The notes below the pieces were generated by a model that was not told the DNA's origin, searched no databases, and saw only the letters and a list, made by a program, of their open reading frames with translations. A stretch of DNA of 64,000 nt from Somniosus microcephalus (taxonomy: Eukaryota), in contig CM126207.1 in NCBI GenBank assembly GCA_052327205.1, positions 251,162,001 to 251,226,000 of the forward strand. The letters run 5' to 3'. The position numbers and the translations under genes were made by a program. Of the stretch, positions 14,100 through 27,580 are shown one piece after another; the first letter of the stretch is position 1; each line of letters opens with the position of its first letter.

Positions 14100-14448
14100 C
14101 TTTTCTGGTCACTTCCCCGCAGCTCCGCCTGACCCAATGGCTGCCCCCTCAGACCCACCTGACTGGAGCTCCACACTGTAACCTGGGAGTGCCGAGTGTG
14201 GCGCGACCTTTATACCGAAGCCCATTTGTCATTGGAAAGGGCTGGATGTTTGTTGGAATCTCACAATAAGGGGGCTTCAGTCGCTGTTTTATATACCAAG
14301 TTTAGGATATGGGGTTGATTCTTATTTTAAATTGGTTGTCTGGTGGGATTCACTTCAAGCTGCTGCAGACGTATCTTTTCACGTGTTGCACTTTGTTCTA
14401 ACCAGTGGGAGTAGGACTGGCGAATATGGGACAAGCGACGAGGTACAG
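14100..14448 (+). promoter_or_regulatory. Candidate alternative CMIP promoter and short first exon (Tc-Mip-like)
   Basis: GC-box-like ctccgcct, CCAAT (~14134), tttata (~14209), then ATGGGACAAGCGACGAG|GTACAG (ATG 14426, GT 14443), resembling the recalled mammalian short-isoform start MGQAAE. Confidence 0.45.
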
Positions 14449-15954
14449 AATCAGCCAAACCTTCCCTGAGTTGAAGATATATATTCAAATAAATGTTTGA
14501 GATCTTGGTTGATAACGGTATTTAAGAAGTTATTAATATTTTATTTTATCCCACCTGGACGGCAAACTGTTCCAAATCAGCCCCAGTTGTCTCTAGTGCG
14601 GCGCCCGGAATAGCAGACAATAAGTTCAACTCTTCATTAATAGGTTCAATCAAATGTCCCATTGTAGGTGGGATGCTAAGTATTTGAAGCTGTTTAAATA
14701 TAATTGCTTATGACAGTGTTGAGGGAATTCCACAAACCTTGCTGTTTTCTTGGAAAACCATTTTGTCCCGAGAAAAAAAAGACCAGGCGAAGTATTTCCC
14801 TGTTGATTGAAGCTGATTGTGACCGTTCGGTTTCGTTATTTATATTCACTGAAAGAGGGGCCATTGCACTTTAAGGGGGGATGCACAGAATAGTGGACGT
14901 GTTGCAGTGCCTGCTTCTTCACTTCCACGCAGTGCTGTCCGAAATTATTGATTAAAATAAAAGTGTATTGATTGTGGAAAAAGATTTTGTTTGAGAATCA
15001 CTATAGCTGCTCGCCCCGCTCCCATAATCACCACCGTTTCATTATAATTGTGCATTGGGGCTGCCTTCGAAACATGCCCAGGGACTGGGAAAAATCACAT
15101 TCACTCAAAGGTATCCAGAGTTTGGCATTCAGATAGAGTCCATCTTAGTGACTGGTCTTGCTGAGCGATAGAACACATTGAATTAATTACTGTGAAATAA
15201 AATGACGCTTCGCCAAAAGTTGTAATGTGAAAACATCAGAATTTACTGTTTCAACTTGCTGTACTTTTGTCTCTCTTCACATCTCAGTGGAATCAATTGG
15301 GGGCTGTAATGGGATAGGCATTGCTTGCAACTGTGCTCCAACCTGCCCTGCGCCTCTCCAATTACCGGTGAAGTAGCAGTACCTTAACACAGTGCCTCTT
15401 AATCATTTCTCTGTGCTGCACGTTTATCTGTGTGTGTCTGAACCCTTTCTTATTCTTGCTGAAAGTTGACTTAAAATGAAACAACAATCATCAATAGCAG
15501 CTGTGAAAAGAATTTGAACAAACGGTCTGAAGAAAAGTCTCTTCTTTTTAAAAAATGAAGTGAAACTAAGCGCATAGCCTGAAAAAAAACTTTTGTTACT
15601 CTCACCGCTGTGCAGATTTTGACAAAAAACGTGAAAATTATAGTGTCAATTTTTATTTTGATCGCTGAGGTTTATTAAAGTCTAACAAGCAAAAAATTAT
15701 GCCCCACCTCTGAGTGATAATGAAAACAAAACCTATTTGCTAACTATTATTTTATGGTTATTGGCGAGTGGAAAGAATACACTATTGTGTGTTACTCATT
15801 TCTCTAGGCAATAACCATAATCATGATTTAAAATATTGCTGTACTTCATATACCAAACATTCTTTGGTTTATTCTGGTGGAGGTTTACACTGTTGATTTA
15901 AGGCTTCATTAGTTCAAAACATCATAAGACAAATAGTTTAAAATTTTCATAATC

Positions 15955-16750
15955 TAGGTAAGTGTGAGGTGGTGCATTTTGGTAGGAAGAATAAGGAGGA
16001 CACCTACTCCTTGGAAAATAAGAGTCTAAATGGGGTAGAGGAGCAAAGGGATCTAGGGGTACAGACACACAAATTACTAAAAGTAGCAACGGGGTTAATA
16101 AGGCCATTTAAAAAAGCAAACCAAGCACTGGTGTTCATTTCTAGAGGGATAGAACTGAAAAGCAGCAAAGTTACGTTAAACCTGTGTAGAACTTTTGTTA
16201 GACCAAACATACTGTGCATAGTTCTGGTCTCCATCTTATCAAAAAGATATAGAGGCACTGGTTAAGGTGCAAAAAAGATTCACAAGGATGGATACAAGGT
16301 TATACCTATCGGGAAAGATTGAACAGGCTGGAGCTCTTTTCTATAGAAAAGAGAAAGCTGAGGGATGACTTGATAAGGGTCTTTAAGATTATGAAACCGT
16401 TTGACATGGTATATGGAGAAGATGCTTCCACTTGTGGGGGAGATGAAAACTAGGGGCCATAATTATAAGATTGTCACTAATAAATCCAATAGGGAATTCA
16501 GTAGAAACGTCTTTCCCCAGAGAGTGGTTAGAATGTAGAACTCGTTAGCACAAGAAGTAGTTGAGGTGCTTAGCATAGATAGATTTAAGGGGAAGCTGGA
16601 TAAACACGAGGGAGAAAGGAATAGAAGGTAATGCTGATCGGGTTAGATGAAGAAGGGTGGGAGGGGGCTCGTGTGGAGCAGAAATGCCGGCATGGACCAG
16701 TTGGGCCGAATGGCCTGTTTCTGTGCTGTACATTCTATGGAATTCTATGA
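15955..16750 (+). mobile_element. CR1 LINE 3' fragment
   Basis: KCEVVHFGRKN...QRDLGV peptides; 3' tail gggccgaatggcctg...attctatggaattctatga. Confidence 0.9.
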
Positions 16751-17549
16751 AATAAATTACCTGCTCACCAGCATCCATTTTTTCTGTACAATACACTGTG
16801 AATTGGAAAATAATACATCTCTTTAGAAGTTCAGTGTGATTTTTAATTCACTTTTTGGTAACTCTTTTTAGGCTCTCTTTACAACGAGTGTCACTTTATA
16901 ACCTCTGTTTGAAATCAGTGAATAATGTAGCAAAAATAATTTAAACTCTAAAGGAGATCTTTCATCCCAGCTATAATGTATAAACAGAAAACATGCTGGG
17001 GGGTTGGGTGGTTTACAAAAAGAAGCTGGTGTCACTGCAGCACACAGGAGATACTTGGTCTGCACTACTTTCATTTATATGTATCCTGAGTGCCTTTCCC
17101 CTACCAGCTAACGTCTTAAGTGTAGAATGTTATTTATAAGTAAAGGTGCACGTACTGTTGGTACATGATTACCACAAGCACTGACTTAGAAGAAAGATCG
17201 GTGCAAATATGTAGAGAGTAACAGTAGTCACAAGCTTCTGACTGAAGAGCACTTTTTCTTCAGAGAAAATTGTGTGATTAAGGTAAAAATTAAACCCATG
17301 TCAAGGCGTGCAGCTTATGTAGATAATAAACATTTTAGAACTGCTAGTTTAAAGATTTGCTTTTTATGCCATTGAGGCAAGAAATGTTAGCACTGGTGAA
17401 GGAATACTTTCTTATTTCAAGTATCAAGTGCCAACACCGAGCAGTTGGGTAAAGCGCCCTCACTGTAGCAACATTGTGCCTTAGCTCTTTGGCTTCCTTT
17501 GAAGGAGATTATTAATTTATGTGAAATTAAGGGTAATTTTGTGCTGTAG

Positions 17550-17715
17550 CTGCAGCCGCATGGCCATTAGGAACTGATTTAAGATTATCCAAGCCAATTT
17601 CACATAGAACCCTTACAGCCAGAAAAGACTTACAAACCATACTCCTGGGCTGGATTAAGATTCACGCCCTAGCGGTGAAAGAACTGTGTGCTAACCTGCT
17701 GTACCTCCCAGTCCC
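17550..17715 (-). mobile_element. LF-SINE-like 5' head relic
   Basis: Reverse complement GGGACTGGGAGG...GGTTAGCACACAGTTCTTTCACCGCTAGG...AATCCAGCCCAG resembles the recalled LF-SINE tRNA head. Confidence 0.5.
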
Positions 17716-18109
17716 ACTACTTGAAATTTAGGTCATTATTTAATTGCAGAAAGTGATTTGAAAGAAACATAGAACCAGTAGACCAGAGCCATTTTTCCAA
17801 TTAATTGATGTTGATCCCATGTGAGTGTCTGACTTTGAGAGTCTGTTTGCAAGCTGCACTACACATGCAAAAACACACCTCACATTGTTAGGAAGGAGCT
17901 TGTGGAAATAACTCGTGATTTAAGTGCATTTACTGAATAAAATTGTCTGAAAGTCTTCCTCAAAGATATTGTTTAATTTTGTTAGATTTCTGAGAGGCAT
18001 TGCAACGATGTAAATCACAAATATATATATTTTTAAAAGCAATGAAAATGTGAAAGTAATTTTAATAGAAGTTAAAGGATTTTGCCACTGGCAAGTGTGC
18101 TGCCAAGTG

Positions 18110-18480
18110 CAGAACTGAGCAACACAGACCAGAAAGATCTCCGGTACAAGTCCTGGTCTGTGCATAGCTACCTAATTTTAGCTGGTGTAGTGGTAGAGAT
18201 GCTACGTTTAGTCTTGATGTTCCTGTGTTAGAGAAGAGGGAAAACCCAGCCCGAGCTCCAGATTACTATTCAACGACTCTTGCTGGGAAGTGTGTGAGTG
18301 TGCGCGTGTGTGTGTGTGTGTGTGAATGTCTACTGAAGACAGGATCAGAATGCCCCCCATGGTGAAATAGTCGGTGATACTCGCTCTTTAGGTCCACTCA
18401 TGAAGAACTGATATTTATTTAGTTGATGTACAGAATGCCTGTTGATCGTCAGTCAGCACCTTCAGGAGAGGAGGATTGAC
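18110..18480 (+). mobile_element. Old SINE-like repeat containing a (GT)n tract; related to 48440-48725 and 61850-62120
   Basis: Shared blocks such as cctggtctgtg and gacaggatcag occur in reverse complement at 48.5-48.7 kb. Confidence 0.4.
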
Positions 18481-19719
18481 AATTATTGGTAAAATAAATC
18501 CACAACAGACACAATCTCAAATTGTAAAATAAAGGCCAGGTTATAATTAAAAGGATCACTGTTAAAAGTGGCCATTTAATGTAGAGTTTCTCATCAGGTG
18601 GTCAGATATATAGAAACTAATAAATTGTTTACAAATGATTTATGACCGGTATTGTTAGTTTGCATACAGTACATTTTATTAATCAAAAAACACAATAAAG
18701 CACATAGTAAGAGGCTGGAGCTGCAGAGGACTATATACATGCTAACTTAATGGTGTCACTATTATCGGTTACAGTGGACAGGTTCATGGTTTTAAGAAAT
18801 AGTGACTGCTTTATTTTGGACAGGTTATTACACATCAAAACTATTAACAATAATATTCATTCAAAGATCCTCTTAGTTAAATGCAGCACCTTTATTAAAT
18901 GTTGTCTGGGCTTTTATTAATTTAGAACTTGTCATCTGCAATCCCCAAGTCTGGTATTCTTGCTACATGTTTTATATTAACACAAAGTGGAAGTCCCGAA
19001 ACACTGAATCACTTTCCAACACAACCCAAAATCTAATGTTGTATTTGGATAGCTTTAAGCTATTTGATAAGTTAATGTTCTTGTAGGCTGCCTTGTGTAC
19101 CTTAAACTAGCAGTAAGATGATCCACACCAGAATTCCTACAGCCACCACCAAAATTACTTGATCTCTGAACTGCACTGTGGTTTTTAATAGTTCAACATA
19201 TGCTCTTTTTTTTCCTCGAGGAATGATCAAATGGTATTTAACACTGACCCACTGTGGAAAGCTGTGATTTATTTTGCAAGGAGTATGCCTATAGTCCCAC
19301 CATTCCTTTCAAATACTTCACTATGGAAATTCATCCATTGTATTTTGTTCTGGTGAGGTTGTTTTGATCATTAGCTAAACCGTCTCAACTATTTGTACTC
19401 CCCGGGGATGTACTGTGATTACTGTTACAATAAAACAACGCTGATAACTTAAAAACAAATCAAGTATACTCATTTTTAACTGGCAAAAAAAAATAAAGGC
19501 TAGAATTGTTCCCTTGAAATCATGTGTATTTTGGTACCCATCTTTGTGAATTCCATTTCTTTATTAGCCAGTGTTTTCCATTTGAATTGTATCTTCACAT
19601 TCAAGCCTATGTTGTGTGTAAGCATTTAGAATGACATAACTGCTCACCAGGACTTTTCAAATTTATTTGTTTTTAATGTTTTACTACGTTAAAGGCGCTA
19701 TATAAATGCAAATTGTTGT

Positions 19720-20095
19720 TGTTCTTGGGGTGTGGGCAACATTGGCTGCATTGATTTCCCATCCCTAATTGACCTGCTGGTGGGTCTTCTTCGTGAGTAG
19801 CAATTGTTTTTTTATAACTGAGTGGTTTGCTAAGCCACGTCCGAGGGCATTACGAATTCACCACATAATGTGGGACTGGAGTCACATGTAGGCTAGACTG
19901 AGTATAGGTGGCAGTTTCCCTTCCTTGAAGGACATTAATAAACAGTTGCATTTTTACAACAATCCAGCAGCTTTCATGGTCTTTTTTTTTCTGGTGCTAA
20001 TCCTCAAATGACCAGATTTATTGAATTGTATTTCACAATTTGCCAAAGTGGGATTTGATCTCATGAGCTCTGGATTGTGAGTCCAGTACCATGTA
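19720..20095 (-). mobile_element. tRNA-derived SINE, same family as 59515-59915
   Basis: Reverse-complement matches to the 59.5-kb copy (cccatccctaattg, actgagtgg..gcta, ggagtcacat, agtccagta). Confidence 0.65.
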
Positions 20096-20104
20096 CACAT
20101 AGGA

Positions 20105-20950
20105 ATGATCATCCGATTTTCAGCTAACCTAGTTATTTGGATTACATGCCAATAACCCGTGCAACTTTTCTGCAACTTGATTCAGTCTAGATTGGCTGTT
20201 GCACACAGTATATACACAGAATTTCCTGCGTATTTGCGCCCGATATACACGCAATTGGGGCGCAAAGCAAATACGTGTCTTGAAAGATTGCGGAATTATG
20301 GGCGTATGTGCGTAAGTACAATATGCCCAAATCTCCTTGTTCTTATACAATCACCTATGGATCCCTCCGACCAAATGCATCTCCACCCATAATATAATAT
20401 TGGCCATGCTCCCAAGTTACAGAACCTTGTAAGCGTGTTTCCTGCAATTGCACTTGCTCAGAGGCTCTCTTCAAATTACAATCAGATTTTCAGGTGCAGC
20501 AGGACACAAAGCCATTTTTCTGGTCTTTTAATTGCAATGTTTTGAGCGTTTTAAAAACATTATCCTCACTGAGATCTGCACTGTATTTCTGTTTCTTTGA
20601 TTGCAGTTTCATGGCATCACTATAAGTCACGTTAAAAATTGAAAAGCTTCCCTGATTGCAGGCTCTTAAACATGCTGTGCCTAGTGTACATGAATGATGG
20701 CTAAATGAGTTGAAACTTAAATTTTCCTATTTAAAGAAGGAAGATATGTATGGGAGTTCAGCGCTTTCCTTGGGCCCCAATTGTTTACGCTGAATTCTGC
20801 TCATTTATGCCCAGTTTTATGTTTGAGCATATGCTAATGAGATGGGCAGGAAATTTGAGCATAATAATATGACATCACAGAACGGGCGTGGGAATGAGTG
20901 TAATTTCGGGTGCAACTTCCGGGTTGCAGCCCCGCAGGAAATTCTAGGCC
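20105..20950. mobile_element. Harbinger-like non-autonomous relic
   Basis: Right end gaaattctaggcc followed by aat resembles the right TIR and TSD of the 48.8-53.2 kb element; CpG-rich subterminal regions; left end unclear. Confidence 0.45.
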
Positions 20951-21178
20951 AATGCACTGTAGCAGATTTAATAAATACAGGGATAATCAGCATCAATTTT
21001 TTGGCACATTTTGCAATTTATTTCTGAACTATTTCCATGCTTTCTATATATTTTTACTTAAATTATTTTTTTAATCTCCCATCTTTGGCATTTCTAATTC
21101 AGAAATGTAATTTTCATCATGCATGGTAATTTTCAGTCTTAAAATGGGTGATTGAGTCTGTTTATATTTTGAAAGCAT

Positions 21179-21565
21179 GGCCTAACATTTCAGTGTTTTT
21201 CAGGCACTAAATGGCCACCTAAACTTCCAATATGGCAGGTAGAAAATGGACACTCCCTTTGAGCCAGAAGTGTGCTGCCCTCCATATTGGTCTAGGCAAA
21301 AAAAAATAAGCATCCACGCTTGTGCCTGAAACAGACGCTATCGCCTTTGCATATGCAAATAAAGGGACTAAAAAGTGTTTGGATTCCTGGTCGCTGGACC
21401 AAAACACTCCCAGTTCACCAACCTATCGACCGGGAGATTGCCTTTCCTTCCCCTTTAAGTACTTACCTGACAAGCCTCTTTGCCGGCCTGATGTTATTGA
21501 GGTATGAGGCCTAATATCAGGTGGGCCTCGGGCCTACCCGTTTCGGCGCAGGAAATTTCTAGGCA
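21179..21565. mobile_element. Harbinger-type MITE with degenerate TIRs
   Basis: Left GGCCTAACATTTCAGT (13/16 to GGCCTAGAAATTCAGT); right AATTTCTAGGCA. Confidence 0.55.
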
Positions 21566-22774
21566 CACATATTTTACTCTGTAATCATTGATTCTGCCAG
21601 CTCCCACCAAATGACCTAACTGGCATTTGAAACAGGAATAATCAAACACTTGGCAATACCTTTCTTTGAATATACAATTTATATATATGCTATATTTTCT
21701 ATTTCCAAGAATTTAAGTTGCATTTTAATTTCCACAATAGCCAGATGTTGCCTTTTAAAATTCCCCTATCATCAACTAGTTCCCTCTCACACTAATTAGC
21801 ACAAATGATGGCAGCATTTATGTACTGTGAATAAAACATTCATTTATTTACAAACATGCAACATGACATAAAGCTCACTGAAACATGATATAATACCACA
21901 TGCATGTTTGAGTATCATGATGACAATGCCAGAAGGGTCTTCTGCCTCCTAAGAACAAAAGGGTTGCCAAACTTTTGTCTTCACAAGAACGGTGCCCCTT
22001 TAATAGCTGTCAATTAGTAGGAATCCTTCTGGTAATTCAGCACAAGTGCTAAACTAGAGCATGTTGAAATTACATAGGGATGATCATTAACTGACCAAGT
22101 TATTAGGAGTACTCAAGAATCAGAGTTCAAATTCACCTAAATGGAACTGATCAATAATGTTGATAGGTCTGCAACCTCCCATGCCATTTGTAGACCATTA
22201 TTAATCTGTCTTGTCCAAAGTGACCAACAGATGATGTGCCAGTGCTTTTCCATTACTTTTCATGACTGCAGTCAGTGCAAAACTGATTGCAAGGCACAGG
22301 CACATAATTGAATGGAATTTTTGCTAGCCAAGGTATACAGGCAGATGAGATCAACAAGTGGCACACTTAGAAAGTCACTTTTTTAGCATTAACGAAGAAT
22401 CAAACATGACATGATTCGCCAAAGTTATTAACATTACAGGTAAGTCCTGTTGATATGCTTTAAACAGGAACATGCTTTAAACAGATAGTTACTGAAAACC
22501 TGTTGGTAATAAGTTGTAACATTATAAACACATATTTTACATATTTCCATATTATACAGGAGTTTTGTAATATATACAGTTTGCAGGAAACTACAGTTAA
22601 GTATGGCTGTTTTTTGGAGGGGTATACCTAGTGTAATTAAATGTCCTAAATAAACGATATATTTTTTAATTTATCCTGGGAATAACTCGGAACTATAAAG
22701 TGCTCTATTATTCCTCAGATTGCTCTAATTCCACTCTTTAAGATTTATTATTGGAACTGTACAGAAAATCATGT

Positions 22775-23960
22775 TTTAGGAACAAGAGTAGGCCATTTGA
22801 GCCACTGAGCCTGCTTTGCATTTTGTTAATCACAGCAGTTCTATCACTTTAATCCCAATTCCCTTGTCTTCATATCCCTTAATACCCTTGGAGAAAATCC
22901 AATGTAGATTTGCCAGGATGATAACCAATAAGCATCCATCTCCCTTTTAAACACCTACAATTGATATTGCATTTATAGCCTTGTGTTCCACATACTCACA
23001 ACACTTTGCATGAAGATGCTTTTCCTGGATTTGCTTTTAACCATTTTAGCTCGAATTCTGAGATTGTGTACCCTTGTTCTGGATTTCCTGACTAATGCGA
23101 AAAGCCATTCCCTATCTACCCTGTCAATCCTGAGCAACTGAATCAGAGGACTGTTGATCTCACCTCCAGAGAACATAGCCCAATTTTACTCAGTCTCTCA
23201 TCATAACTCAATCACTTCATTCCAGGTATCATCCTGGTGAATTGTCGCTGGACTTTCTCCATAAATCATATATCATTCCTAAGGTGGAGCACCAAAGGCT
23301 AAACACAGTCTCCCAAATAAGGTCTGATTAGTGCTTTCTATAACCCTACTAACACGTCCTTGCTTTTATATTCTAAACCTCTTGAGGAATCCCAGAATCC
23401 TATTAGCCTTTTTGATTGTTCTTTGCACCTGTGAGCTATCTTTTAATATGAATATACTTGAACCCCTAAATATCTTTGTTTATATGCTCACTAGTGCTTC
23501 CCACTTTAGATTGTACTCCCAGCTGCCATTCTTGCATCCACGTTAAACTGCACCTGTCAACTTTCTGCCTGCTCACTTAATCTATTGATGTTCATTTGCA
23601 ACCTTCTGCTCTCTTCTTCACAATTCATTCTACCTCCAGCTTAGCATTGTCTGTTAACTTGGTACGCTCCTAACCAGTTTCTGATTCATGCTACAGGTTG
23701 CCTCAATTTTAGCTAGCTATCTTCTGTGCAGAGCCTTATCGAATGCCTTTTGAAAATATATGCATACAACATCCATTGATCCTCCGCTGTTCACCTTAGT
23801 GACTCTGTCAAATGACTCTGTTACATTAGTTAAGCACAACATAACTTTCACAGCACCATCCTGACTCCCCCGAATCAGCTTACACTTTCCCCAAGTGCTC
23901 CCCTACTCTAGTAATCTTCCTACTACTTTTGTTACTTGGTGTGTCCCTTCCTCCTTTTCT
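22775..23960 (-). mobile_element. Old CR1 LINE fragment
   Basis: Tail aggaacaagagtaggccatt; degenerate RT C-terminal peptide SRTRVHNLRIRAK...VVSMWN. Confidence 0.7.
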
Positions 23961-26900
23961 GAATAAAGGTATGTTATTAAAAATATGGAAAAGGTTATGA
24001 AAGGGTCACAGATCTGATAGACAACTGTTGGCACTGTCACTTACTAGCCTCATTAAATTGCATTATTCCAAAGAGACAGACATCATTCTCTATTTATACT
24101 CTAGCCACATCTCGACTGATAGGTTTCTTTAAATACATTGAGTCACCCAGTGATTTTTTTATGTACTTGCCATCTAACATTATAGAAACTGCATAAATAC
24201 CTTCAATGGAACAGGACCAGAGAGGCACGATTACAAACATTCAATAACCGAGTGTATAAAGCGGAGGAAAAGGGATGCTGGTTCCTGATACAACATAACC
24301 CCTGAATCCTGGCAATACAGCCCTTGAACAGGGGCAACTCAGATGTATTTGTGCTTATATTTTTTCTTTGCTGGTTTGCGCTGTTTAATTGATGTGAAAG
24401 GCTGGAAGTTTGAAAAGGCTTGTTTTTAGCACTGTTGCCTCACTAAATCAGAGCACCAAGATCTGGTACTCCAAGATGTCGTAATATCGGCAACTTGAAG
24501 GTTTTAAGCTTGGTGTGGGGCCTGAGATTCCCTGGTACAAACGGGTGTAGTTAACAAAGGCACTAGCTTTTGACAGCCTTGTCTTAGGGGTTTGGGGAAG
24601 GGTAGTGGGTGGGGGGAATGAAGAACAAGAAGAATAGATGTAGACGAGTTATCCAATTTGAGAATCGCCTCTTCTTCAGTTGGTCCATGGAATGGTGGTT
24701 TTGGAGGCTGTTGAAAAATCTGTGGTCAGCCCGTTGAGCTGCAAGCATTGTGGCAGATAGGAATTTGCAAAAAAATCCTGTTTACCTTTTTAGCTGATGA
24801 AAAGGCCATGTATAATTAACTGCAGCGGCGATCAGGTACTATAACTGCTAGTGAAGATTTCAAATAATGCCACTAACCACCAGAGTGAAGTTTAAGCAAT
24901 TAGTTAACATTTTTTAATGAACACAGATTGGATTACAGCCTGTAATGTCTTATTATATATTCTGCCAATCTATAGTGATTTTAGCCTGATGGTAAAAGCT
25001 TATAAAACACTGGAACTGAGTAGTTAGGAGGTTACGGTAGTGTGACATAAGGGGAGGGGCGTTATGGCTGATTGTAACACTTGACTTAAAGGATGACCGT
25101 GTCATGTGACACATACTTAGACATTAAACAATTGTTAACATTGCTTGATACAGTAGAAGGTATTCATGAAAATAGCTTTTTATTAATGCAATTTTTTTTT
25201 TAAAGCATTCATTTTGTTTCATTCCTGCATAATTTCTCACGGCCATATTACCTGCAAGTAGAAACATTTTTGTCACATTTTAAAAGCTCGCAACAAGTTA
25301 GCTGCTGTGCTTTTCGAATACTGGTTTTTATTAACCAAATTGCCCTAACATTAATTGTTTTCATGCATGACACTAAACACAGCTGCTTCTTGTATGGCTC
25401 AGAATATGACGGGTTGTACAGTCGGGGATTCCTGGTACTGTTTTATTTTGGTTTGTGAGCCAAGAAACTGACAAGTATGACATTTGCAGGAAGTCAATGC
25501 CCTATTCCTTCAAAAAACATTGAAGACAAAGCAGTTTCAATAACTTTTCTAAAGAATAAACTGCTTTTTTGTGTTTTCTGTGGTGATTTGTTATTGCCGC
25601 CTTGCATCTACTGGTGTGATAAGCAAGTGATAATAAAGTGCACAGCATATGTAGAAATAAAAAGTGACAATCAGAAGGCATTGAATGGAGATCTCTAGAA
25701 TCACGAGCACCACGGAAAATGGATATCTCGGAAAAACAGCTCCCCCTCCCGCAGTGAAACCATTCCTTTAGAAGGGCGGTGCCATCTAGATTATGGAGAG
25801 ATTGGTTGCCACAAGTGTACAAAACCAATCAGTCTCCGAGTATACCAATGAAAGGTACTGCCTCTTCTATAGTCACTAGACTACCACGGAAATTGGATCT
25901 TACCTGCTAGTCAGTCCCAGTTGTCAGCAATATCTGCTTTTATCACAACCCTGCTGACATCACCCATGCACAATAGACAAACAAATGAATACAGTCCCAA
26001 TCCATCGTCTCCATGGCACTGATCTTAAACAGTTCAATTTAAGCTTTTGCCCAAAAAGAATTGACTATGATTCCATTTGGAGCTTATTCCTAGCATCCAC
26101 TGCTGGTATAGAGTAGCTAATAATATGCAATAGACAAAGTAATGTTTAACCTTGTGTTCCATTTGAATGTTGAAATGCCACATGGACAGAATTGGGTGCA
26201 TTTTAATCGCCTATGTAAAATGGCACCTGTCCCTCAGGTGACCTGCTTAATCTGGTAGTGAACCAGGAAAGAGACTAGACCTTTTGTTTAAGAAGCAGAC
26301 CTTTGCACCTGGTGCAGTCATTATGCAGTATGTCTCAGTCCAAACTCCAACCTTACTTAAACATCAAGCTGAATATTTCATAAGGGGATAGTTTGCATTT
26401 ACTTGCCACTGTAAAGTCAGTCATTTTGTAGACATGAAGGGGAATTTTCATCCTTGCTATTCATTGGTGTATATGCGTTGAGTCATTCTGAGCAGATTTC
26501 AGTTTGAATAGGCGATGCATATAGGAAAGTAGATGGTTGGCAGTGGTGTTACATGGCGGTAATTCAATTAAATGCGTCTTTTGATAAACCTCTTGAGCTT
26601 CACTCTCAAAGCTTATGAGCATCGGTACTATCACTGGATTAGATTACAGCCCTAAAACCACCGCCAAACATTTGCAATATTTTATAATAATTAACAAAAT
26701 GCCTTTTTAAAGATAAATTTTATTGTTATGTGGCGGCATTGCTAAGCATGATTCACTAGGCGTGAACATAGAAGAAAGGTTAATAAAGATGACAGCAAGC
26801 TAGGAGCTGGAGGTACAGAGTAATTCACGAGGCTAGACACCTTCATATATCTAACAAGTCTGTCGATCTATCCTGGAGGCTCCTGGATCATCAGGAGCAG

Positions 26901-27444
26901 TTCATAACTCCTGATGTTGCAGACAAACCTTTTGACTGCATTGCTCCTTTGCTCCACCTGAACCATGCACTTGGAAGATTTGCTACCGGTAACTTTGGGG
27001 GCTGATACTGACGCAAATGAATTGGGATCCTCCTGGGGAATATCTAATGTACACCTTCAGCCTCTGCGTCACAATTTAGTATTATGAGCTTGTTGTTGGC
27101 AGCACACTACTGGGAATTATAGTACCCTGTTTATTATTGTTTAATTTGGTGTTTATTAACAATAATGTCAGCACATATTGAACAACTTGTTGAAAAGTCC
27201 CAAATGTGTTCAAATTATATAGCCCAACAAAAGCAAATTCAAATTTAAGGACATTGGGCCTAGTTTTCAGAGCTTGTAGATTGTCCAGCAAGGCAGACAG
27301 AAAATGGAAAACAGTGGTGAAGTTCCAACAGTTACAGCCCAACATCCCTCTGCCCACTGATGTTTTCTTAGTATGTTTCTAGTATTAATTTAGATTTTAA
27401 ACAAAGTGGAAACATTGCTACTCAAGTCACCACTTACTGTCCTG

Positions 27445-27580
27445 TTACAAAAGCAAAACACTGCGGATGCTGGAAATCTGAAATAGAAACAGAAAATGCT
27501 GGAAACATTCAGCAGGTCAGGCAGCATCTGTGGAGGGAGAAACAGAGTTAACATTTCAGGTCGATGGCCCATCGTCCCGA
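27445..27580 (-). mobile_element. Penelope pLTR 3' fragment with degenerate hammerhead core
   Basis: Reverse complement of 40600-40730; reads ...GGGACGA TGGGCC ATC GACCT GAAA TGTT AACT. Confidence 0.7.

Noticed and set aside
23990-24030. Hammerhead-like ttatgaaagggtcacagatctgatag
   Set aside because: Lacks intact CUGA and GAAA boxes and has no pLTR flank; too degenerate to call.
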